Positions 18,298-26,871 of a DNA stretch of 64,000 bases are shown piece by piece (the first letter of the stretch is position 1; each line of letters starts with the position of its first letter). The stretch lies in the NCBI GenBank assembly GCA_963666485.2, contig CAXXUO010000001.1, forward strand, positions 896,001 to 960,000. The letters run 5' to 3'. The position numbers and the translations under genes were made by a program. The notes under the pieces are model-generated. The model was not told where the DNA came from. It ran no database searches and saw only the letters and a list, made by a program, of their open reading frames with translations. Source of the stretch: Syntrophorhabdaceae bacterium (GTDB lineage Bacteria; Desulfobacterota; Syntrophorhabdia; Syntrophorhabdales; Syntrophorhabdaceae).

Positions 18298-18987
18298 TTA
18301 CAGGTACTCCTCCAGTTTCGTCTTGTCCCCGATATCCGCCTTGTCCGTAAATTCCTGCACGATCTTGCCTTCCCGCATGATATGGACCCTGTCCGCCAGC
18401 ATCCCGACAACGGAGAGGTTCTGCTCCACGATGATCAGGGAGATCTTGCCCTTCATCATCGAAAGGACGTTCATTATATCGTTGATGGTGCCTGCGGCAA
18501 GCCCTTCCGTCGGTTCGTCGATAAGGAGCAGTTTCGGGTCGCCGACAAGCGCCCGGCCGATGAGCAGTATCTGCCTCTGGCCGCCGCTCAAGGACCCGGC
18601 CCTGAGGTTTAAGAATTTCTCCATTTTCGGGTAAATGCTCATGATCTTCTCGACGGCCGTGGAAACCTTTTCCTTGACCGGGTACGCCGCCAGCTCGAGG
18701 TTTTCCTTGACGGTGAGGTGCGAGAAGACCCTTTTGTCCTGGAAAACGTAACGTATTCCCTGCAGGGCCACCTTTTCCGGGGGAAGGTCTTTCAGGTCCC
18801 GTCCCAGGAAGCTGATGCTCCCCCTCACGGGTTTCATAAAGCCTGCTATGGACTTGAGGAACGTGGTCTTGCCCGCCCCGTTGCGTCCCGCTATAAAATC
18901 CATACTGCCCGCCTGGAGCTCAAGGGAGATGTCGTGAAGAACGAGGGCGTGACCGTAAGCGACATCGATATTTTTCACACTGAGCAT
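18298..18987 (-). CDS. livF: ABC ATPase (LivF-like)
   Basis: GRNGAGKTT, LSGGQRQ, LLIDEP, IVEQN. Confidence 0.92.
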   Translation of the reverse strand: MLSVKNIDVAYGHALVLHDISLELQAGSMDFIAGRNGAGKTTFLKSIAGFMKPVRGSISFLGRDLKDLPPEKVALQGIRYVFQDKRVFSHLTVKENLELAAYPVKEKVSTAVEKIMSIYPKMEKFLNLRAGSLSGGQRQILLIGRALVGDPKLLLIDEPTEGLAAGTINDIMNVLSMMKGKISLIIVEQNLSVVGMLADRVHIMREGKIVQEFTDKADIGDKTKLEEYL

Positions 18988-19754
18988 GTCAGCCCCTCCT
19001 CCTTGCCCCAGTAAACCTCCCTGACTGCGGGGTCGCCCAGCACGCAGCCCGGTTCGCCGTCTGCGATAAGCCGGCCTTCGGCCAGGACGCACAGCCGCCC
19101 CACCATGTCGACGATCCGCGATATCTTGTGCTCGATTATAACGAGGGAAATTTTCTCCTTCACCTTTTTGATTATGGTCGAGACCTCCGTTATCTCGTGG
19201 TCGGACAGGCCCGCGAACGGTTCGTCGAGAAGGAGTATCTTCGGATCGAGCGACAGAGCGACGGCTATCTCGAGTTTGCGCTTGTCACCATAGGAAAGCT
19301 CCGAGGTCATAAGCGGAGCCTTGTCCGCGATCCCCATGATCTCGAGCTTCTCGCGGCAGCCCGCCATGATGCGGTCCTTGCGGATATCCGTGAAGAAGAA
19401 TTTCCACTTGGACGCGTGATACTCGCCGAACCTGATCGTCGACAACACCAGGTTGTCTATGACGGGAAGGGAATCGAATACGGAGACCAGCTGAAAGGTC
19501 CGTATAATGCCCATCGTCACCCGCTTGTGCGGCGGGACGCTGGTTATATCGCGGCCGTGGAAGAATATCCTGCCTTCGGTCGGCTGATAGAGCCCTGTCA
19601 GCAGGTTGAAGAAGGTCGTCTTCCCGGCTCCGTTCGGGCCTATCACGCCGACGGCCTCTCCCTCCTGCATGTGGAAATCGACGCCGTCCACCGCCGTAAG
19701 ACTGTTGAACCGTATTGTCGCTTTTTTCGTCTCTATTATTGGGTTCGTTGACAT
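18975..19754 (-). CDS. livG: ABC ATPase (LivG-like)
   Basis: GPNGAGKTT, RTFQ, LSYGDKRKLE, LLLDEP, IIEH. Confidence 0.92.
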   Translation of the reverse strand: MSTNPIIETKKATIRFNSLTAVDGVDFHMQEGEAVGVIGPNGAGKTTFFNLLTGLYQPTEGRIFFHGRDITSVPPHKRVTMGIIRTFQLVSVFDSLPVIDNLVLSTIRFGEYHASKWKFFFTDIRKDRIMAGCREKLEIMGIADKAPLMTSELSYGDKRKLEIAVALSLDPKILLLDEPFAGLSDHEITEVSTIIKKVKEKISLVIIEHKISRIVDMVGRLCVLAEGRLIADGEPGCVLGDPAVREVYWGKEEGLTCSV

Positions 19755-19780
19755 CCCGGACTCCCGCAAAACATCGTATC

Positions 19781-19817
19781 GAGGGAAGGGGCGGTCACTG
19801 CGACGGCCCCTTCCCTC
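19781..19817. other. Intergenic stem-loop after the substrate-binding protein gene (probable mRNA stabiliser/attenuator)
   Basis: GAGGGAAGGGGC...GCCCCTTCCCTC inverted repeat. Confidence 0.6.
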
Positions 19818-19828
19818 ACCATGCACAT

Positions 19829-21088
19829 CTAATATCCGAGCGACTTCAGGTTGGGGAGATAATCCTCGCCCGTGTAAGCGCCGATGATCTTCACAAGGTC
19901 CCACTTGGGATTCTTGCGTTCTTTGGCGCCTTTACCGAGCGTCACGTAAGCGCCGTATTTGAAAAGGGGCTCGTGGTCGGCCCGCCAGGTCCCCTTGCCC
20001 TTCATTGAATCGAAGGTCGGGTTGGCCATGAGGGCCTTCGAAATTGCCTTGCCGTCGAGCGATTTGGCAAGCTCCATGCCGCGGACCGCTTCCATCACCC
20101 CTTCGTACGCCATTGCAGAGTACGGGTCCGGGGGATACTTGTATTCCGCCTGAAACTTCTTCGTAAAGGCATCTGACGCCTTCACGATCGCCGCATCCTG
20201 GAAGCCTTTCATGTCATAATACCAGGACATGAGCGAGTAGACGCCTTCCAGGGCTTCCGGCGGCACGCCGCTGCCGAATGCGTTCGTCATCCAGTTGAAC
20301 CATATCTTCGAATTCTTCTTGAGGCCGACTTCATACGTCTGTTTCAGAACGTTGATCGCGTCGACACCCCAGTGCGCGAGCATGACGATGTCCGGTTTCT
20401 TCTCCTTGATCTTGAGCAGGTACGATGTGTAATCGCTCGTGCCGACAGGCGATTCGAAGTATTCGACCTGCACCTTTCTCGCGTCGAAGGCATCCTTCGC
20501 CCCAGCCCACTGGTCACGGCCAAAGGCGTACGCGGGACCGAAGAAAACGATCTTCTTGAGTTTCAGTTTGTCCACTATGTAGGAAGCGCCGGCGTAGCCG
20601 ATCGAATAGGCGCTGCCGTGAATGGCAAATGTCGTTTCCGCCATTTCCTTCTTATCGAACATGGTGACCGCAACGACATTGACAGGGAAGTAGGCTATGC
20701 TTGTCTTCTTCACTTCCTTGTTGAGCGCAGCCGAAATGGGCGCGAAGGTCTGGCCGACAACGGCGTTGACCTTGTTCTCGTCGATGAGCTCCCGGAAGCG
20801 CCGTATGGCAACATCGGGTTTCGACTCGTCATCCTTCACGAAAAATTCGATGGGGACCTTCTTCGCGCCGAGGTTTACACCGCCTTTCGCATTTATCTCC
20901 TTTATGGCCAGCTTTGCGCCGTCAAGCTGTACAGGGCCGATGGGGGAAGCGGCGCCGGTGAGGCCGAAAATGAGGCCGATCCTGACCTTGTCCTGCGCGT
21001 ACGCGCCGGTCGTCGAAAGGCCGACGAAACCAGTCATGAAAAAGCCGACGAGAAAAATAATTGAAAATACCTTCATGTTCCTGGACAT
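19829..21088 (-). CDS. ABC substrate-binding protein (LivJ/K-like, type I periplasmic)
   Basis: Signal peptide ending AYA; VRIGLIFGLTG...GAKLAIKEINAKGG...DDESKP. Confidence 0.92.
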   Translation of the reverse strand: MSRNMKVFSIIFLVGFFMTGFVGLSTTGAYAQDKVRIGLIFGLTGAASPIGPVQLDGAKLAIKEINAKGGVNLGAKKVPIEFFVKDDESKPDVAIRRFRELIDENKVNAVVGQTFAPISAALNKEVKKTSIAYFPVNVVAVTMFDKKEMAETTFAIHGSAYSIGYAGASYIVDKLKLKKIVFFGPAYAFGRDQWAGAKDAFDARKVQVEYFESPVGTSDYTSYLLKIKEKKPDIVMLAHWGVDAINVLKQTYEVGLKKNSKIWFNWMTNAFGSGVPPEALEGVYSLMSWYYDMKGFQDAAIVKASDAFTKKFQAEYKYPPDPYSAMAYEGVMEAVRGMELAKSLDGKAISKALMANPTFDSMKGKGTWRADHEPLFKYGAYVTLGKGAKERKNPKWDLVKIIGAYTGEDYLPNLKSLGY

Positions 21089-21119
21089 CACAGTTCCTCC
21101 TTTCAAAGTGTTGATATGC

Positions 21120-21818
21120 CTAACCCTTTCTCTTGTCCTTGCCTTTATCTTCACCGACCTCCTTCCACGCGTCCGATCCGACGCTCTTTTCAATGAGCTC
21201 GATCATGCGGGAGTTGTGCCGGTTGAAAGCGGCCTCGGTCCGGTGCGGCTCGCGGTCCTTGAGGGCCTCGTATATGTCGACGTGGTCGCTGTAGAGATCG
21301 GCGAGGGCGGGGCTTATATGCAGTGCTATGGGCCGCATCTTGTTCTTGACCGCATGAAGCATCTCCTGGAGTGTCTTGTTGCGGCTGGCCTCGTAGACGA
21401 GCGCGTGAAATTCGTAGTCAAGCTGCGAGTAACTGACAAGATCTTCGTTCTGAACGGCCTTTTCCTGCTCTTCGATAGATTTCTTCATCTTCTTCAGTAT
21501 CTTTGCATCGATGCTTGCGGCGGCAAGCCGCGCGGCAAGGCCCTCCAGGGCGTCCCTCACCTCGTAGAGCTCTATGGCCTTCTCGGGTTTCAGGGTGACC
21601 ATGAAGACGCCCCGGTTCGGGATATTTTCGAGGAGCCCTTCCTGGATCAACCGGTGGACAGCTTCCCACACGGGCGTCCGCGAAGCGCCCACTTCCTTGG
21701 CGATCTGTTCGACATTGATCCTGGCACCGGGGTTGAAACGGTAATCGGCGATCATGTCTTTCAGGATATCGTAGATCTGGTTGCTGAGCCTTTGCCTGCT
21801 GAGTATCTGGGTCGTCAT
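21120..21818 (-). CDS. GntR family (FCD) transcriptional regulator
   Basis: HTH IAKEVGASRTPVWEA...EGL; FCD motifs YEVRDALE and DYEFH. Confidence 0.93.
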   Translation of the reverse strand: MTTQILSRQRLSNQIYDILKDMIADYRFNPGARINVEQIAKEVGASRTPVWEAVHRLIQEGLLENIPNRGVFMVTLKPEKAIELYEVRDALEGLAARLAAASIDAKILKKMKKSIEEQEKAVQNEDLVSYSQLDYEFHALVYEASRNKTLQEMLHAVKNKMRPIALHISPALADLYSDHVDIYEALKDREPHRTEAAFNRHNSRMIELIEKSVGSDAWKEVGEDKGKDKRKG

Positions 21819-21855
21819 GCGAATAATTGTAAATTCCAGCCGATTCCATGTCAAG

Positions 21856-21888
21856 ATATTTCGTGAAATATTTTTCATATTTCATGAA
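21856..21888. promoter_or_regulatory. Candidate GntR operator(s)
   Basis: Palindrome ATATTTC-GT-GAAATAT (21856-21871) plus a second ATATTTCATGAA, just upstream of gntR. Confidence 0.6.
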
Positions 21889-22027
21889 CTTTTACACACT
21901 ATGATCCGTTTCTTATCAAGGAGTTGCCCATGGGACAACTTTCATTTTTAAGTTTTATTATTGATGTGTGAGTTTGAGGAGTTACGGACTGCAGGCGACG
22001 GGGATTTTCCTCATGCCTATTTGGTAA

Positions 22028-22500
22028 GTGCCAGGACATCGTGGACTAAAAATGTGTCAGGACATCGTGGACTAAAATTATACCACCACACCACACCAGC
22101 CGTCATTCCGGCTTGCCGGAATCCAGCGTCTTTGTTTTTCCGTCATTCACGTTCATAGAGTTAATACTTCCGTGTATAGGGCCGCCGGCGTCTGATCTAT
22201 CAGTACAAGTTATGTGCAGGTTTCCAAAGAGAGTTACCGCAAGAAAAACCAACTGAAAAGACGCTGGATTCCGGCAAGCCGGAATGACGGTTAGAGGGAA
22301 AAGACGCTGGATTCCGGCAAGGGAATGACGGTTAGAGGGAAAAGCCACTGGATTCCGGCAAGCCGGAATGACGGATGGAGGGAAAGGACACTGGATTCCG
22401 GCAAGCCGGAATGACGGATGGAGGGAAAGGACACTGGATTCCGGCAAGCCGGAATGACAATAGAATTGTCTGACACTCTCAGTCCAGGATGTCCTGGCAC
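22028..22500. mobile_element. Non-autonomous element (MITE/IS remnant) bounded by 20-bp inverted repeats and containing a REP-like array
   Basis: Left end GTGCCAGGACATCGTGGACT (repeated again at 22054); right end AGTCCAGGATGTCCTGGCAC (1 mismatch to the inverse). No transposase inside. Confidence 0.6.
22101..22458. repeat. REP-like palindromic repeats: one copy at 22101-22133 plus five inverted tandem ~43-bp copies at 22256-22458
   Basis: Core CTGGATTCCGGCAAGCCGGAATGAC; linkers nearly identical (ggttagagggaaaa / ggatggagggaaag). Confidence 0.9.
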
Positions 22501-22551
22501 AAAAAAGAGTCTACGACGTCGTGACACACAACAGCTATTACCTGTGGCCCA

Positions 22552-24327
22552 TTACCTATTACCTGTCACCGTACACTCCGGTATCTTCTGCTCCGGGAGC
22601 TTTATGACGTCCGACGGGCAGGTCGATGCGCACAGCCCGCACGCGACGCATGCATCCTGGTCTATGTGCGCCTTCGGGACGCCGGTGTTCATTATGGGGC
22701 CGAAGACCGAGACCTGGGTGTCGACGATCGTCATGTCTATTGCCTTCTGCGGGCAGGCGTCCTTGCAGGAGCCGCATCCGCTGCAGCGCTCCTCTTCCAG
22801 GGTCGGGTACAGCCGTTCCTCTTCCCGGTCGAGGATGATCTCGCCGACGGCGCCCAAGACCTCCCGCGCTTTCCAGCGTTTATCGCGCGGATGGCGCAGG
22901 AAGCCGACATGGTATTTCTTGCGGCTCCAGCGCGTGGGGTTCCAGCGCAGCTGGGGCTCGGAACGGTACACAGAAAGGAATTCACGGCCTGCGAAACTAT
23001 CCGTGTAATCGTTGAAATAAACGACGTGGTCCACATCGAAGGAAAGGTCTTTCCCCCCGCCCGTGATGGAAAAGTTTCCATTGCCGGCGGCAAAGGCCTG
23101 GCCCTCTTCGAGATTGATCACGATGATCCCTTCGCGCCGGGCTTTTTCCAGGGTCACCTCATCATACGACGGCATGACGATGTTCTTCGTGACGATGTAC
23201 ACCGTCTTTCCCGCCTGTTTCAACGCGCGGGCTGCCTCGACGAACCGTGCCGACATGTACTCGTAGAACATCGCGTCGCCGGGATCGTCAGTTCCGAGGT
23301 AGAACGCGCAGGATGCAAGGTCACGGTCCGGCATGTGTATCTCCGGAGGCTCTTCATCTTTGAGAAGTCCCCTATCCCGGGCTTCGGTAATGAGGGTTTC
23401 GGCATCCTTGACTGCAAGGACCCCCGCCCCGAAACCTGTCAGGATCGAATCCTTGATATTCATAGGCTCCAGTGCCCCGCCGCAGGCGAAAACACCCTCT
23501 GCGTCCGTGGCAAGCGGCGACCCTTCCGCGGCAAAGCCGTATTCGTTTACAGAGAAACCGAACAGTGCGGCAAGGTCCTTCATGCCCGGGTTCGGGCGCA
23601 GGGCTATCGCAAGAACGACGTAATTGAACCGCTCTTCTTTCAATTGCCCGTCGACGAAGTAGCGGACGGTCACGCCCGTTTCATCCTCTTCGAAATAACG
23701 GGAATTGGCCCGGACGAACCGGACGCCGGAATCCTGAAAGATCTTCTGGAGGTAAAATTCCTGCCCGAACAGTCGTAAGTCGTTGTAAAAGACGGCTATC
23801 TCGGGTTTCGCGCGCTGGAGCGTCCACTTGACCTCGCGTATCGTGTACGAGCAGCAGACGGACGAACAGAGAGGGTACTCCTTCGAGCGCGACCCGACGC
23901 AGAGGAAAAATCCGACCTTGTCGAAATCTTCCGGCAATTCACCGTTGCGCTGGTCGATCTTCTGGTCGTACTCGAGGCTCGTCATGACCCTCTTCCCCTT
24001 GTATTCAACCGGATCGTAGGGTGAAAGGCCGGCGGCCACGATGACCCTGTCTATGTTCAATGACTCGCCGTTTGTCAGCGTTACGGCAAACTCAGCTCCA
24101 CTCTTTTTCACATCTGTTATCGAGGTGTCCCTGATGACACGAAGCCGCGGATCGTCTTTTATCTCGTCGTAAAATGTCTTGAAACCTATCCTGCAATTGG
24201 CGATGCGCGCCATTGTCCCGCCGAGCTCCGGCGTGTTCTCAAGCACAACCGCGTTGTGGCCTTCCTTGAGCACGACCTTTGCCGCCGAGATGCCGCTTAT
24301 GCCGCCGCCTATGATCAGAACGTTCAT
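22552..24327 (-). CDS. HdrA-like FAD/Fe-S oxidoreductase with C-terminal ferredoxin domain
   Basis: GGGISG, CVGSR...CSSVCC, and two C-terminal CxxCxxCxxxCP motifs. Confidence 0.85.
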   Translation of the reverse strand: MNVLIIGGGISGISAAKVVLKEGHNAVVLENTPELGGTMARIANCRIGFKTFYDEIKDDPRLRVIRDTSITDVKKSGAEFAVTLTNGESLNIDRVIVAAGLSPYDPVEYKGKRVMTSLEYDQKIDQRNGELPEDFDKVGFFLCVGSRSKEYPLCSSVCCSYTIREVKWTLQRAKPEIAVFYNDLRLFGQEFYLQKIFQDSGVRFVRANSRYFEEDETGVTVRYFVDGQLKEERFNYVVLAIALRPNPGMKDLAALFGFSVNEYGFAAEGSPLATDAEGVFACGGALEPMNIKDSILTGFGAGVLAVKDAETLITEARDRGLLKDEEPPEIHMPDRDLASCAFYLGTDDPGDAMFYEYMSARFVEAARALKQAGKTVYIVTKNIVMPSYDEVTLEKARREGIIVINLEEGQAFAAGNGNFSITGGGKDLSFDVDHVVYFNDYTDSFAGREFLSVYRSEPQLRWNPTRWSRKKYHVGFLRHPRDKRWKAREVLGAVGEIILDREEERLYPTLEEERCSGCGSCKDACPQKAIDMTIVDTQVSVFGPIMNTGVPKAHIDQDACVACGLCASTCPSDVIKLPEQKIPECTVTGNR

Positions 24328-25004
24328 AATGCGCTCTTCTCTCCCATGATGTGCAGAAGGAGGTCAGTAAAGTATATGACCTTCCGCTCCCCCGAAAAGG
24401 TTTTCAGCGCCATGTGGCACAGGGGGCAGAACACGACAAGTGTCCCTGCCGACTTTTCGAGTATGATGCGGGAAAGCTTTTCGGTGACCGATTTATCGAT
24501 AAATATCTGGTTCCCGCCGCAGCAGCGGTCCTTCGCCGCCTCGCCCGCGACCTCGCCGCCGAACCGGGCGATCGTCTCTTCCATGATGGTCTTGTTGCGG
24601 ATCGCGGTCTCTTTCGGGCGCAACAGGATGCACCCGTAATAGGGGGTGAAGACCTGGCCTTTCAAGTCCCTTGCCTGCTTCATCCAGGCGAAAAAAGACT
24701 CGTCAAAGATATCGAGCGGGTGAACGACGCCGAACTCGTACGCTTCATCTGCTTCTTTGAGGTTCTTGTAGCATGCCGGGCATGGCGCAACGATGTCGTG
24801 ACAATGCCCCCGTGCCTTGTCGAGATTTTTCTTCGAGAAACTGAGCAGTTCCTTTCGGTCGCCGTACTCGAATGCGCCGCAGCAATTCCAATCCGGGATC
24901 TCTTTCATGGTGTGCCCCGCCCTGGCGAATATAAGTTTAATGCCCTTATCGAGCCTGTGTGCCGATCCGGTAAGCGAACAGCCGGGATAATATCCGTATT
25001 CCAT
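24324..25004 (-). CDS. hdrB: HdrB-like CCG-domain protein
   Basis: YYPGCSL, DWNCCG, PCPAC, PYYGC, CCGG, CPLCH. Confidence 0.88.
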   Translation of the reverse strand: MEYGYYPGCSLTGSAHRLDKGIKLIFARAGHTMKEIPDWNCCGAFEYGDRKELLSFSKKNLDKARGHCHDIVAPCPACYKNLKEADEAYEFGVVHPLDIFDESFFAWMKQARDLKGQVFTPYYGCILLRPKETAIRNKTIMEETIARFGGEVAGEAAKDRCCGGNQIFIDKSVTEKLSRIILEKSAGTLVVFCPLCHMALKTFSGERKVIYFTDLLLHIMGEKSAL

Positions 25005-25005
25005 C

Positions 25006-25464
25006 TCAGGTCCTTTTTACCTTGTGCGGCAGGTGGAATCCCATGTACTCCATCCACCGCGTCATATGCTGAATATATCCGCCCTTCAAGAGGAACGGGA
25101 CGGCCTTCAGGAGGACGTACGGCTCGTACACCCTGCCGAAGAGCGAGACCGACCCCTTGAACGCCTTCTCGAACGGCGATTCCATCTTCAATTCGTGGCG
25201 GATCGCCCGGATGACGTCCGGTATCCGGATCTCCCACGGGCACGCCCCCGTGCACCGGTAGCATCCCGTGCAGGATTTTACCAGCGGTTCGTCGGCCGAT
25301 ATGTCCTTGCCGAGAAATATCCTCTGGAGCATCTCCTGCGGATTTGTGTCGCCCGCTATATCGTTGACCGAGCAGACCGACGCGCAGATCTTGCATCCCA
25401 GGCACACGGAAAAATCCTGCCTCTTGTAATCGGTCAATTCTATGGCATGATCAGTCTTCGGCAT
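25006..25464 (-). CDS. hdrC: HdrC-like 2x[4Fe-4S] protein
   Basis: CLGCKICASVC and CTGCYRCTGACP; GRVYE. Confidence 0.85.
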   Translation of the reverse strand: MPKTDHAIELTDYKRQDFSVCLGCKICASVCSVNDIAGDTNPQEMLQRIFLGKDISADEPLVKSCTGCYRCTGACPWEIRIPDVIRAIRHELKMESPFEKAFKGSVSLFGRVYEPYVLLKAVPFLLKGGYIQHMTRWMEYMGFHLPHKVKRT

Positions 25465-26452
25465 CTTTCAATTCATCCTCGTTGAATGTAACGAATGGCA
25501 GCGGTTCTTCGGCGCTGCGACCGGACATGTACGAGAATACCCCCTGCAGCCTTTCCGATATCCCCTTGAAGTATTTCGTGAGCGGGATGCCCTGCGGACA
25601 TGCCTCTTCGCAGGCGCCGCACCCGACGCATGTCTGGGACACGTGGTACATCCGGATCAAATGAAACAGCTCCTTGCCGCGCGGCATCTCCGTCGAGCCG
25701 GAGCGGAATATCTTATTGAAGAGTGCATCGCCTTTCGGCAGATAGTCGTCCCCGTTGAAGACGCAATCCACGCAATAGCAGACCGGGCACATGTCCCGGC
25801 AGTTCATGCACATGATGCACTTGGAAAAATCCTTCTGGAACTCGGCCATATCGACCTCAAAGATCCGTTTGTCTGCCGCAGGTGCGATGGCCATCTGCGC
25901 CGGCACGTCCTCTTCGGCGCCCTCGATGAGGGAAAGAAATGTCCCGCCTTTTTCCGTGTACGGCATGGCCCAGAATTGCCCGCTTGCATCGCGCCGCAAA
26001 CCCGCATCGCCGACAACCCCTCTTCGCTCGCGGCAATTCGTGCAGGCGAAGCGCGCCCTGCCGGCATCCTGTCCGAGGACGTCGATATCGCCGTCAACCG
26101 GCACATCGTTTTCCTTCGATGAGATCGTCCCCAGGCAGTCGACGGAAACGGCTATGATATTTTCCGATTCGACCTGGGTCAATTTCACGAGCTCGACATA
26201 GGAACGGATCTCGCATGGCCGCAGCACGAGGACTATTTTTGCCCCTTTCGAAAAAAGCCTTCTCAAGTAAAGCCCGCCATTCAAGGCAAAGATATGGTTC
26301 GTGACCGACATGTTCTCGAGCTTGTCCTTGAAAACCCGGTGGCGTATCGTCTCCCCGTCCTTTTCGAAACCCATGACGAGGTAGTCGCCACCGCTCAATA
26401 GCTTGTTCAGGGCACCTTCGATCTGACCGTTCGTGATCTTCTTACCGACCAT
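25451..26452 (-). CDS. FdhB/FrhB-like [4Fe-4S] dicluster protein
   Basis: RPCEIRS.VEL.K..Q, CIMCMNCRDMCPVCYCVDC, and H....CVGCGACEEACP. Confidence 0.85.
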   Translation of the reverse strand: MVGKKITNGQIEGALNKLLSGGDYLVMGFEKDGETIRHRVFKDKLENMSVTNHIFALNGGLYLRRLFSKGAKIVLVLRPCEIRSYVELVKLTQVESENIIAVSVDCLGTISSKENDVPVDGDIDVLGQDAGRARFACTNCRERRGVVGDAGLRRDASGQFWAMPYTEKGGTFLSLIEGAEEDVPAQMAIAPAADKRIFEVDMAEFQKDFSKCIMCMNCRDMCPVCYCVDCVFNGDDYLPKGDALFNKIFRSGSTEMPRGKELFHLIRMYHVSQTCVGCGACEEACPQGIPLTKYFKGISERLQGVFSYMSGRSAEEPLPFVTFNEDELKDAED

Positions 26453-26852
26453 TTTTCTTTTCCTTTATGTCGTTGTACATTTCCGTGACCTTCTCGACGA
26501 AGCGCCGGGCCTCGGCAGCGCTCACCCAGAAGAGGCGGAGCTTGTCCTTCATGCCGAACGCCGCGAGCTCCTCTTTGAGCGCCGCTATCTTCCTGCGGGT
26601 GAAATAGTTCCCCTTTATGAAATGGCAGTCTCCCGGGTGGCACCCGGCAACGAAAACCCCGTCGGCTCCTTCGAATATGGCCTTGAGCACAAAGGCCGGG
26701 TCGACCCTGCTCGAACAGGGGACCTGGACGAGCTTGACGCCGTCGGGGTATTTCATCCTCAGGCTTCCCGCCATCTCGGACGCCTTGAACGTGCAGAACG
26801 AACAGGCGAAGCCGACGATCTCAGGGTTCTTTTCGATATTCTGTTCCATCAT
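26442..26852 (-). CDS. mvhD: MvhD-like [2Fe-2S] hydrogenase delta subunit
   Basis: FACSFC, VPCSSRVDP, GADGVFVAGCHPGDCHF, WVSAAE. Confidence 0.93.
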   Translation of the reverse strand: MMEQNIEKNPEIVGFACSFCTFKASEMAGSLRMKYPDGVKLVQVPCSSRVDPAFVLKAIFEGADGVFVAGCHPGDCHFIKGNYFTRRKIAALKEELAAFGMKDKLRLFWVSAAEARRFVEKVTEMYNDIKEKKNGR

Positions 26853-26871
26853 TGTACCTCTGCCGGTTTAT

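Noticed and set aside
22256..22458. Possible CRISPR array
   Set aside because: The intervening sequences are short and nearly identical rather than unique spacers, an inverted copy lies upstream, and no cas genes are present. It is a REP-like tandem repeat.
22103..22527. ORFs with repeated VIPACRNP peptides as possible RiPP precursors
   Set aside because: They are translations of the palindromic DNA repeat in several frames, with no RBS and no adjacent modifying enzyme.
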